A DNA stretch of 63,201 nucleotides, filler included, from Mycoplasmatota bacterium (GTDB lineage Bacteria; Bacillota_I; Bacilli_A; RF39; UBA660): the NCBI GenBank assembly GCA_012727915.1. It is 5 parts of 5 records of this genome, joined end to end, with 100 filler letters (N's around TTAATTAATTAA, not from the genome) between each part and the next. Parts side by side here need not be neighbours in the genome. Positions count along the whole stretch, not along the records: positions 1 to 26,547 come from JAAYGD010000004.1; 4 more parts are not named here. One strand, given 5' to 3'. Under the pieces are notes generated by a model. That model worked only from the letters and a program-made list of their open reading frames with translations. It was not told where the DNA came from and did no database searches. Shown here one piece after another: positions 9,709-18,625 of this stretch. A program made the translations under genes and the position numbers. The stretch's first letter is position 1. Every line of letters begins with the position of its first letter.

Positions 9709-11916
9709 TTATTCTTTATCTGAAAAGAAATCATCGAAAAATTGATCGTCACTATTGTCTTCTTCTTTAATTGATTTTATAACATCATCTATATTAGTAT
9801 TTATTTTTAATTCTTCAGTTACAGGTTCTTCCTTAACTATTAATTCTTCTTCTTTCGATTCTTCTTTAACAAATAATTCTTCCTCTTTAGGTTGTTCTTT
9901 AATAATCAACTCTGCTTCTTTTGGTTCTTCCTTAATTGTTAATTCCTCTGTAATTGGTTTATCTTCCTTTTTCTCTTGTTCTTCTTCAGCTTCTAATTCC
10001 GCTATTTTAGCATCTATTTTTTTAATTAGTTCATCAATGTCAAAGGAAGAATTCTCTGGTTCATTTGAATTTATACCATGAACTGGAGGCCTTTCTCCAA
10101 GATAAGGATTATTTTTAAAAATATCTTCTGGCATTCTATCTTTAATTCCAAAATCCATAGGTCTTGGAGCTTTATACATATCTTGTGCTCCTAACATTTT
10201 CTTTTGTCTTGATTCATCTACAAAATCTTTTAAGTTAAAGTATTCTATTTCTCTTTTAACTCTTTCTGGAAATTTTCCTTCTGAATAATTTGGCATATTC
10301 CAATTTATTTCGGAAGCAAATTTTAAAGAAGTCTTAAATGGAGAATTTCTATGCTTTAAAATAATAGCATCTTTAAATTTTAATCTTTGAAGTTCCGCTA
10401 CTGTTATTAACGGCCTTACTTCTTCTTTATCCTTAGTTTTAATCTTTCTTTCGCCTGCCAATTTACTTATTTCTTCTAATGACTTTAATTCGCTACTCAA
10501 CAAATATATAGTGTTTGCGCAGTTTCCTTTTATTGTTTCTGCTTCTTCTGCACCATATACTTGATTTAATTGTGCAAAGTTTTGAATAATTAAATTGAAT
10601 CTAATTTGTCTAGATCTAGCAGCTGTAATCATAGTAGTAACATCTTTAAGAGCTGGTAAGTTTGCAAATTCATCTAATATAAAATTAGTTCTAACTTTTA
10701 ATTTTCCATCAGGATTATTTTGAGCTACATCTATTAAGCTTTCATAACATTGTTTAATAAATATAGTTGCTAAAGCATGATATGTTTTCTTTTCATCTTG
10801 AATTACCAAAAAAACTGCAGTCTTTTTTCTTCCTATATCCATAATATCAAAATCACTATAAGATAACATCTCAGATAAATTCTCAGCCATCGCAAATATA
10901 TTAACCTTTTGTCTAAATACCGAAATTATTCCTCCTTGAGTTTCATTAGGAGCATTAACAGTACCAGATGCATTAATATAAGCAGAATTTTTTTCATCTT
11001 TTGAAGAAAAATATTCTTTCATATATGTTCCAGAACCCAATCTTTTTTCTCCAACAGTAAGCATTAATATAATTGAATTTAAATTAATTTGATTAATATC
11101 TTTTACATCTTGAAATAATCCTTGAGCCAAACCAGTAAAGAAGTCTGCAGCAGTATTTTGCCAAAAAGGATCATCTGTTTTTTCATCACTTAATATATTA
11201 ATTGCTAAATCTCTAAGCAATTCATTACTTTTATCACTATTGCCTGATTTATATAAATCATATGGAAGTGTAAGAGGATTCCATGCGTTTCCTTTTTGAG
11301 GTTCTCTAAAGTTTAACACAACAATATTATAATTCTTTGCCTTTAAATATTCATAATTCTTTCTATATATTTCACCTTTAGGATCGGTAATAATCATAGA
11401 CTCACCATGTTTTGCTAATATATTTACTAAAGGTTGAACCATACAAGATGTTTTACCAGAACCAGTAGCTCCAACTATTAACGAATGTGACTCTCCGTCA
11501 TCTACCCATAATTCATCTTCTTTTACTATTAAAGGTACTCCTCCTCCAGAATATGATTCACTAGAAGGATTTACACTTTTCATTCCAATAGCACTTTTTA
11601 TCTCTTTTTCTTTTGCCCAAGTTTCATAGCCATCATTTTTTTTATCTATTTTCTTAAAGCCTAAACCTTTTTCTCTTTCAAAAAAATGAGAAGTTACTGA
11701 TATTGCTACTAAAACTATACCCGCTATAAAAAAAGTTATCGTATAAACAATATATTCTGGAAAAAAAGCTTCAATAGGATTAAATCCATAAAATATAGCA
11801 TACTTAGAAAAATAAGACAAATTTAAAACTCCTATTGCAACAACATATAAGAACAATAGTGCTCCAAGAACATATTTTATTATATCTTTTTCTGTAGCTT
11901 TAAATTTAAATTTCAT
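9709..11916 (-). CDS. virD4: VirD4/TraG-family type IV coupling protein with long acidic tail
   Basis: Two N-terminal TMs; Walker A GATGSGKT; ITDPKGE; DPFW; Walker B FILDEFANL; ARSRQIRFNLIIQNFAQL. Confidence 0.93.
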   Translation of the reverse strand: MKFKFKATEKDIIKYVLGALLFLYVVAIGVLNLSYFSKYAIFYGFNPIEAFFPEYIVYTITFFIAGIVLVAISVTSHFFEREKGLGFKKIDKKNDGYETWAKEKEIKSAIGMKSVNPSSESYSGGGVPLIVKEDELWVDDGESHSLIVGATGSGKTSCMVQPLVNILAKHGESMIITDPKGEIYRKNYEYLKAKNYNIVVLNFREPQKGNAWNPLTLPYDLYKSGNSDKSNELLRDLAINILSDEKTDDPFWQNTAADFFTGLAQGLFQDVKDINQINLNSIILMLTVGEKRLGSGTYMKEYFSSKDEKNSAYINASGTVNAPNETQGGIISVFRQKVNIFAMAENLSEMLSYSDFDIMDIGRKKTAVFLVIQDEKKTYHALATIFIKQCYESLIDVAQNNPDGKLKVRTNFILDEFANLPALKDVTTMITAARSRQIRFNLIIQNFAQLNQVYGAEEAETIKGNCANTIYLLSSELKSLEEISKLAGERKIKTKDKEEVRPLITVAELQRLKFKDAIILKHRNSPFKTSLKFASEINWNMPNYSEGKFPERVKREIEYFNLKDFVDESRQKKMLGAQDMYKAPRPMDFGIKDRMPEDIFKNNPYLGERPPVHGINSNEPENSSFDIDELIKKIDAKIAELEAEEEQEKKEDKPITEELTIKEEPKEAELIIKEQPKEEELFVKEESKEEELIVKEEPVTEELKINTNIDDVIKSIKEEDNSDDQFFDDFFSDKE
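9802..9951 (-). repeat. In-frame 33-nt (11-aa) tandem repeat, ~4.5 copies, in the VirD4 tail
   Basis: TEELTIKEEPK/EAELIIKEQPK/EEELFVKEESK/EEELIVKEEPV/TEELKI. Confidence 0.85.
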
Positions 11917-11924
11917 AATTCCCC

Positions 11925-12611
11925 TTATAATCTATATTTGTTTGCTCTATATACTTTAATTCCCACAAATGAAAGTATTGATAAAATTGATACTCCTATT
12001 ATAATCCATAAATATGATTTTGTCTTTACTTTTGTTTCATATTCTTCTACAACATTATCACCATCTTTATTAAATATTATTTCAATATTTCTAGACTCTT
12101 TTAAAGGAGAATGAAACCAATAATAAGTGTTAGATTTTTCATCATAACTTAAGGCATTATGTCTAATTACCTCAAATGGCAATGAAATACTAATAGAATA
12201 ATTCACAATATTACCATCACCATAAAATTCGTTTTCTATTGAAGAAGCAGTTAAAGAACAAGTTGAATCATTACACTTCGTAATAAAGTTTTCGTATTTT
12301 CCTTCTAAAAATACTGGGGTACTAAAATTAGAAAAAGAAGTTATTCTTTTTAAAGTGTAATTAATATTATTGTCTACAGTATTATCTATTATTTTATAAT
12401 TATATTTTTCTGCGTCTCTCTTAACACTATTTTTTAAATTAATAAAGTCATCTTCAGTCATTACTGCAGATGTGCCTTCAAAAGACATATTATCATAGCG
12501 AAAATTTATACTTTCAGTAATATTTAAACTCTCATCAATATTAAAACTGTAATAAATATTACATCCAGATAAAGTAATTATACAAAATAATATAATAAAT
12601 AATTTTTTCAT
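11925..12611 (-). CDS. Lipoprotein with C-terminal TM anchor (LppM-like architecture)
   Basis: Lipobox LSG|C; SISLPFEVIRHNA...YYW; C-terminal hydrophobic helix followed by basic residues. Confidence 0.65.
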   Translation of the reverse strand: MKKLFIILFCIITLSGCNIYYSFNIDESLNITESINFRYDNMSFEGTSAVMTEDDFINLKNSVKRDAEKYNYKIIDNTVDNNINYTLKRITSFSNFSTPVFLEGKYENFITKCNDSTCSLTASSIENEFYGDGNIVNYSISISLPFEVIRHNALSYDEKSNTYYWFHSPLKESRNIEIIFNKDGDNVVEEYETKVKTKSYLWIIIGVSILSILSFVGIKVYRANKYRL

Positions 12612-12619
12612 TATTTCAC

Positions 12620-15600
12620 CTACTTATAAGTTGCAAAAGAATTCAATTCTTTCCAGTAACTATCTGAAGCTCTTTTAGCGTCTACTCTTACACCACCACC
12701 GCCAGAATGAATAATATACAAATCGTCTCCAGCGTCTCCAATTCCATTTTGATTTTTATCTTCAAATCCCATATATATCATAACATGTCTAGAATTTCCA
12801 GAATAATTATATGCATCCCCAGCTTTTCCAGCAGACGAATTACATAAAATATCTCCAGGAGTCAATAAAGGAAGAACGCTATCTCCAAAATTTTTAAATT
12901 CCGGAATGCTTTCAAATTGAAAAGATCTAGTATATTCGGTTTCTGAATTACACACTGCACCCATTACAGGGAAAGTTTGGTTATCGAACACTTGAAATGT
13001 TTGGTTCAATACCCAATTAACATAACCATCACAATCAAGACCAGCCACTCCCGCATTAAAACTTCCGCCAGTATCATCATAAGATACAAATAATAATCTT
13101 TCTTCATAAGAGTTAGCTAATCTAGCATAATCTTCCTCCATTTGATTTTCATAGTACGGAACCCCATTAAAAGTATATTCATGCAGTTCACCCCACTTTG
13201 GATTAAATCCTTCTTTATACCATGATCTAGCCCATTCTGAACATCTAATTGCAGAATAACTATATTTAAAAGCATGTTTACCAATCATACCTGCATCAGG
13301 TCCGCTTTTTTTAATATCAACACATTCCGGATCATTTTCAATGTCACAAGCTCCACAATATCTTACTTTTCCAAACAAAGAAGAGGCATACGCTAAAACC
13401 CTTTTTCCAGCATAAGTAGGAGCGTGATCTGTATACCATTTTGCTTTTGAATAATAATTTTTTAAATTGGTTTTGCATTGTCCTACATTCTCATAAACAA
13501 TACAATCTGCCCATCCTGGAATTTCAATGATTAAACATTCTTTTAAATAATTATCAATTGTTGATGATAAATCATCTCTATAGTTTAAATATTTTCTTGT
13601 TATTTCAGCAACATAATTACTATCGTTTTCAAACCTATTATTCATATCACTTGAAGGCAAATGAGAATATAGAGCTTTTAATACAATTGACACTCCCTGA
13701 TCGATAGAAATGCTGCTTCCATTTAAAGTGGGACCATTTTCACTATCTATAGTTGTCATAATTTCATTGATTTGAGAATTATTCATCTCAGCATATTTAA
13801 ATATTGCATCAATTAATTCATAATTATTTGCGCTTAATGTTTCAAACATATCTTTTGAACTTCTAAATTCAAATTGAGCAAACAAACTTAGAGGAATAAG
13901 ATTAAATCCCACTTTGACACTATCATATGCAGATTTGTCCATTTCACCAATGATTTCAACCAAAGATTTTCTTCCAAAATAATTATAATTTATATCAGCA
14001 AAAGATGATATTCCATATTCAGTTGAAATAGTCATTGTATCAAAATTTATTTTATCAGCATATTTACTATAAGCACCTTTTTTATTTTCAAATATTGACC
14101 TAAAGTAATTTAAATCAAAGTCTATTTTCATTAATCCAAAACCACCATATTTGGAATTTTCATAGTCTGCAATAGCTCTCATTAAATTAAAACTTTTTTT
14201 AGATTTAAAGGAATAAAATGCCAAACCACCATTTAATGTACAACTACCAACAGGATGCTTTTCAGTTGATTCACAAATATAATCGTAGTTTTCCGCACCC
14301 GTAAATAAATTCTCAGGATTGATAAACTCTTTTTGACCTCCAACTATTTTATATAAACCAAAATGTAAATGAGGTCCTGTTGATTTTCCCGTTGTACCCA
14401 TTATTCCAATCGGATCTCCCATAGATACATGCATTCCTGCAGATACCATAGGAAGCTCTTTAAAGTGATGATACGTACTATAATATGTTTCGCCACTTAT
14501 AGTATGTTGAATTGTAACTGTATTCCCCGCAACTTCCTGAAATCCAGCAATAGTAACAACCCCATCATAAACTGCATAAATGGTTTTATCTTGTTTTGCA
14601 ACAACATCTATTCCATTATGAAACTTGTAAGGTGTAGTAGCTCTTTCACTCTCAAAAGGATTAATTCTCAATCCAAATTTTGATGTAATTGAAAAAGTGC
14701 CCTCTATAGGTCTTCTTAAAAAAGACAATACTTCACCAGGTATTCCTCCAGGAACATAACACTCATCTATCTCTTCTTCTTCATCATATAGATGTCTCCA
14801 TATTTCATAATATGCCATTATGTCTTCAATTATAGGATCTACAACTCCTATTTCCTCAAATAATTCTGGGAACAATAAAGCAACCAGATTTTCTCCATTG
14901 GTTCCTATTTCAGAATTTTTTAATCTAAATGCATATCCTTCTTCATCATATTCAGTTGAATAAAAATATATATATCTATCTTCCTCATCAATATTTAAAT
15001 CACTTTCCAAATCAGAACATGATCTTCCTTCTTTGCTTTCATCAATTTTTGTTACATATTCCGAAGAAATGAACACAGTATTATAAGTAATATTTCCATC
15101 AGAACCGACTTTAGGATTACATCTATATTTAGCTACTTTAATTGATTCCAAATGATTAAATACTTCCTCTACATATTCTGATCTTAAACTTAGTTTTTCA
15201 TCAGTTATTTCTTCTACCAATATAGTTTTACCATCGCCTAAATCGAGTAAAACCTTATTCTCTTCCAATTCCTCTTCAGAACCATCAAAATACAAAGTTG
15301 CTGCGACTAAAGGAATGTTTGTAACTCCATATTTTGCTTTAAATTGATTACTTTTATCTAAAATCATTTCAAAAAGTGCTTGTTCATTAGTTGCGAATTT
15401 ACCATACAAAAGCAAATTTTTTGTTTTTTCAGAAAAAGTTTGCGCAAAGTTAGCTGTTGCAACTGCTGCAGTATTAACCCCTCCTACTATAAGTGAAATT
15501 CCTTCAACCATTTTCATCATAGCACCCACAATTAAAACTATTGTCAAAATAAATGCAATTGCACCAGATGCAATCATAAATATTTTCTTTTTATTTTTTT

Positions 15601-15943
15601 TAAAAAATTTATTTATGAATGATTCGTTTGTAGTCCCTTCTACTTCCAAATCGTTTGAGTCACTAAACTTATCACCAAAAGAATCCTGATTTGATTCAGG
15701 ATTATCATTACTTGAATCTCCTTTAGAGCTTAAAGGATCTGATCCATCACTTTTTCCCAAAAGCTTATTCTGGAAATTTTTGCCTACACCTTCTATTTTT
15801 CGTCCAATCTTTGGATCTACACCTATACTTCGCCATGCAGCATCTTTGCCGGTTTTCATAAGTTTGTTTTTAAGATTGCTTGGGGCTTTTTCTTTAGCAT
15901 TTGGGGCTTTCTTTTCTTGATTATTATTATCTGGTTCATTCAT
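12620..15943 (-). CDS. Large T4SS-associated peptidoglycan hydrolase (TM + M23 peptidase + NlpC/P60-like domain)
   Basis: M23: ITSKFGLR, HNGID, YHH, GKSTGPHLHF. NlpC/P60: GLDCDGYVNWV...PGDIL...HVMIYMG...IIHS. Confidence 0.88.
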   Translation of the reverse strand: MNEPDNNNQEKKAPNAKEKAPSNLKNKLMKTGKDAAWRSIGVDPKIGRKIEGVGKNFQNKLLGKSDGSDPLSSKGDSSNDNPESNQDSFGDKFSDSNDLEVEGTTNESFINKFFKKNKKKIFMIASGAIAFILTIVLIVGAMMKMVEGISLIVGGVNTAAVATANFAQTFSEKTKNLLLYGKFATNEQALFEMILDKSNQFKAKYGVTNIPLVAATLYFDGSEEELEENKVLLDLGDGKTILVEEITDEKLSLRSEYVEEVFNHLESIKVAKYRCNPKVGSDGNITYNTVFISSEYVTKIDESKEGRSCSDLESDLNIDEEDRYIYFYSTEYDEEGYAFRLKNSEIGTNGENLVALLFPELFEEIGVVDPIIEDIMAYYEIWRHLYDEEEEIDECYVPGGIPGEVLSFLRRPIEGTFSITSKFGLRINPFESERATTPYKFHNGIDVVAKQDKTIYAVYDGVVTIAGFQEVAGNTVTIQHTISGETYYSTYHHFKELPMVSAGMHVSMGDPIGIMGTTGKSTGPHLHFGLYKIVGGQKEFINPENLFTGAENYDYICESTEKHPVGSCTLNGGLAFYSFKSKKSFNLMRAIADYENSKYGGFGLMKIDFDLNYFRSIFENKKGAYSKYADKINFDTMTISTEYGISSFADINYNYFGRKSLVEIIGEMDKSAYDSVKVGFNLIPLSLFAQFEFRSSKDMFETLSANNYELIDAIFKYAEMNNSQINEIMTTIDSENGPTLNGSSISIDQGVSIVLKALYSHLPSSDMNNRFENDSNYVAEITRKYLNYRDDLSSTIDNYLKECLIIEIPGWADCIVYENVGQCKTNLKNYYSKAKWYTDHAPTYAGKRVLAYASSLFGKVRYCGACDIENDPECVDIKKSGPDAGMIGKHAFKYSYSAIRCSEWARSWYKEGFNPKWGELHEYTFNGVPYYENQMEEDYARLANSYEERLLFVSYDDTGGSFNAGVAGLDCDGYVNWVLNQTFQVFDNQTFPVMGAVCNSETEYTRSFQFESIPEFKNFGDSVLPLLTPGDILCNSSAGKAGDAYNYSGNSRHVMIYMGFEDKNQNGIGDAGDDLYIIHSGGGGVRVDAKRASDSYWKELNSFATYK

Positions 15944-15969
15944 AAATTATCACCACCTATTTGTGCTCG

Positions 15970-17754
15970 TTAGTAACCGCCTCCACTACCAAATGAATCT
16001 AATTCTTCTTGAGTTACCTCAACAGATATTCTCATTCTTCTATTTCCACAAACAAATAAAGCTTCTCCTTGACTATATCTCTTAATGCTCTCTTTTTCAT
16101 TATCATTTAAATCAATTAATAAAGATAAGTCTTCTACAGCTTGTTTTTTTAATCCCATAACTATATAGTATGAAGCATTGTCAAAAATTGCTTTACCTTG
16201 TGTTATTACAGCTTGTCCAGAGAAATCACTTGGTTGTTGTGTAATTATTATAGTTCCAGTATTATATTTTCTTGCTCTTCTTTGAACTTGAGCTAAAAAT
16301 TCTGCTCCTAATTCATTATTAGCTGCTAATAATACATGGGCTTCATCAACAGACAAAATAGTATTTACAGATTTATCTAAGCATAATCCCCATGCATATT
16401 TTAATATATTAAAGAACAGAGCATTTTTAATATTAGTTTCTGCATTCATTAACTCTTTTATATTAAATACTATAAAGTGAGTATTACCATTAATTGTTGT
16501 ATGTCCATCAAAATAAAATTTCAACTCTCTTGTCAAAGGTCTAATTTTTATTTCTAATTTTTCCATTATGTCTCGTTCGTGTGTTTTATCTATATATTGT
16601 GATAATCTACCTTTAATTGTTGCATAAACATCAGAGAATGTTGGATACATACTAGATGTTAACGTTGTAAAGTCGGTATCAAAATCAATTCCAAATCTTT
16701 TATATGTATCTTGAACTACTTCAATAAATAAAGTAAGAATATCTTCAGTTATACTTGGATCATAATATTTCATAAATGCCTTTAAAAATTGTAAAGACTT
16801 AGTTAATACTGTATAGCCCAATCCTTCTTTCAATTCGTCTTCATCAGCATCTAATATTATTTCAAGTGGATTTACCATTCCAAATTCTCCACCTTTACCT
16901 AAATCTACAAAGTTTCCACCATATAATTTAGTCATTTCTGATATTTCGCCTTCAGGATCTATTGCAACTATTTGATAATCATTTCTAATGTGACCTCTAA
17001 GTACTAATTTAGCAGTAGTACTCTTTCCACTACCAGATGTTCCTAAAATAATTAAATTAGCGTTATTTCTATTGTTTTCTTTCTTAATTTGGTATAAGAA
17101 TTGATTAAATAATATAACTCCACCAGAGAAATCAACTCCTAACAATGTAGCTAATCCTTCATCTTTAACACTATCGAATATAAATGGATACATAGCTGAA
17201 ATAGTAGGACTTGCTATTGGAGTACCAACTCTTTTTTCAACTTCTTGTTTTGGAAATATTGGAAGCATAGATTTAAATACTTTTTCTTGATCGAATCTCA
17301 ATGAAAGCGCTTTCATATCAGCAGCTTCTAAATAATTTTTAGTATTTATTTTTCTTAAATCCAATTCCTCTTTTGTATCCGCAACAATCATTAAATGCAT
17401 TTGAAAATCAAATATTTTTGATTGAGATGATGCAATTTGGCTAGTAAAATATTCTAATGATTCTAAATCTTGTCTAAATCTTTCTTTTAAAGTTTGATCT
17501 TTTTCTTCTATATATTTTTGCTTTAAATCAGCAATTTGCTTATTTAACATCTTAGATAAACTAGAAAAGGGTACTGGTATATGTTTAATTACTATTTTTA
17601 CTCCAGGCAAACTAGATATAGAAGATAAAAAACCTGTTTGTATTACTTTTGGGTAAGCAATTACAGTTAATATAGTTGCATACTTATCACTTATTACAAA
17701 CTCACTAGCTTTAAATTCTAAATCTTTTGGAGCTATTTCTGCTTTTATATTCAT
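15970..17754 (-). CDS. virB4: VirB4/TrsE-like T4SS ATPase
   Basis: NANLIILGTSGSGKS, IDPEGE, PTFSD, VDEAH, RRARKYN..IIITQQPSDF, QGEALF. Confidence 0.92.
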   Translation of the reverse strand: MNIKAEIAPKDLEFKASEFVISDKYATILTVIAYPKVIQTGFLSSISSLPGVKIVIKHIPVPFSSLSKMLNKQIADLKQKYIEEKDQTLKERFRQDLESLEYFTSQIASSQSKIFDFQMHLMIVADTKEELDLRKINTKNYLEAADMKALSLRFDQEKVFKSMLPIFPKQEVEKRVGTPIASPTISAMYPFIFDSVKDEGLATLLGVDFSGGVILFNQFLYQIKKENNRNNANLIILGTSGSGKSTTAKLVLRGHIRNDYQIVAIDPEGEISEMTKLYGGNFVDLGKGGEFGMVNPLEIILDADEDELKEGLGYTVLTKSLQFLKAFMKYYDPSITEDILTLFIEVVQDTYKRFGIDFDTDFTTLTSSMYPTFSDVYATIKGRLSQYIDKTHERDIMEKLEIKIRPLTRELKFYFDGHTTINGNTHFIVFNIKELMNAETNIKNALFFNILKYAWGLCLDKSVNTILSVDEAHVLLAANNELGAEFLAQVQRRARKYNTGTIIITQQPSDFSGQAVITQGKAIFDNASYYIVMGLKKQAVEDLSLLIDLNDNEKESIKRYSQGEALFVCGNRRMRISVEVTQEELDSFGSGGGY

Positions 17755-18305
17755 ATAGACATCACCGTCCTAAACTCAGTATTAGTACCACCATTTAAGA
17801 AATTATCTAATATAACTCTTAGATCTTCATTAGTTGTTTGAGCTGAATTTATTTCGCAATTAGCCAAATTATTTATTAATGATCTAATTTTCTTTTGAAT
17901 TAATTCAGGATTTTTTTCTTTAAATAATAAGAAGTACTCTGTATCAACAACATTATTATTTATAAAATATTCTCCTTTTTCCATATCTTCTAATATCATT
18001 TTTCTTACTTGGGGCTTTGTAACATCGTTATACAATAATTGAAGATGACTTAAATAAAGAGTAATATCTACAGGTCTATCTGCTATAATAATCCAAAATT
18101 CATAATCAATACTATTATAGAAAGTTCTCAAGTTTTCTATTATTCTTGCTTGAGAGTCTTCATCCAATATAAATATGTTTTTTGGACTAATTTTTACTCC
18201 AGTTACCTTTTCATCATTATCTAAAATTATTGCTCCATTAGTAATTGCTTTAACTGGAACAAATATTTCTGTACTTCTATTTAGGTTGTTCTTTTGTGAA
18301 CTCAT
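17751..18305 (-). CDS. TrsD-like T4SS component (VirB4-associated soluble subunit)
   Basis: Lies between PrgI-like and VirB4 genes and overlaps both; PVKAITNG...VKISPKNIFILDEDSQ pattern. Confidence 0.6.
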   Translation of the reverse strand: MSSQKNNLNRSTEIFVPVKAITNGAIILDNDEKVTGVKISPKNIFILDEDSQARIIENLRTFYNSIDYEFWIIIADRPVDITLYLSHLQLLYNDVTKPQVRKMILEDMEKGEYFINNNVVDTEYFLLFKEKNPELIQKKIRSLINNLANCEINSAQTTNEDLRVILDNFLNGGTNTEFRTVMSI

Positions 18306-18600
18306 AAAATCCCCATCCTCTCCATAAATATTTTCGTTGATTTGTAAAAAAACGATACATTGATATTAAAAACGATATTACATTATGATAATTTGGTATT
18401 GGCATTACTAACAAAGCTGTAAATAATGCTGGTAGCAGAACAATTATTGTAGTTAATATTGAATCAGTTCCTATAATTAATAACAATAAGAATGATCCCA
18501 TTATTCCAAAACCAAATATTACTAAATCTATTGGAGTAAACATATTAAATATAAGTTGTCCTTTTTTAGTATTTGCTGGTATTAAATATAATCCTTTCAC
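18277..18600 (-). CDS. PrgI/VirB3-like small membrane protein
   Basis: YLIPAN...IFNMFT, two TM helices, basic ..RKYLW tail; position between VirB6-like and VirB4 genes. Confidence 0.7.
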   Translation of the reverse strand: MKGLYLIPANTKKGQLIFNMFTPIDLVIFGFGIMGSFLLLLIIGTDSILTTIIVLLPALFTALLVMPIPNYHNVISFLISMYRFFTNQRKYLWRGWGFYEFTKEQPK

Positions 18601-18625
18601 TAGTTTATCCCTCCTTTTTATAATA

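Noticed and set aside
9755..10081. Ser-rich plus-strand ORF, and similar short antisense or off-frame ORFs (1626, 3848, 14429, 18994, 20068, 21344, 31094, 31437, 32358, 33080, 34324, 35362, 37526, 39368, 41517, 43730, 45365, 51883, 52843, 54656, 61414, 61598)
   Set aside because: They lie within or largely overlap well-supported genes, and their composition mirrors the sense codons (for example GAA read as TTC/TCT).
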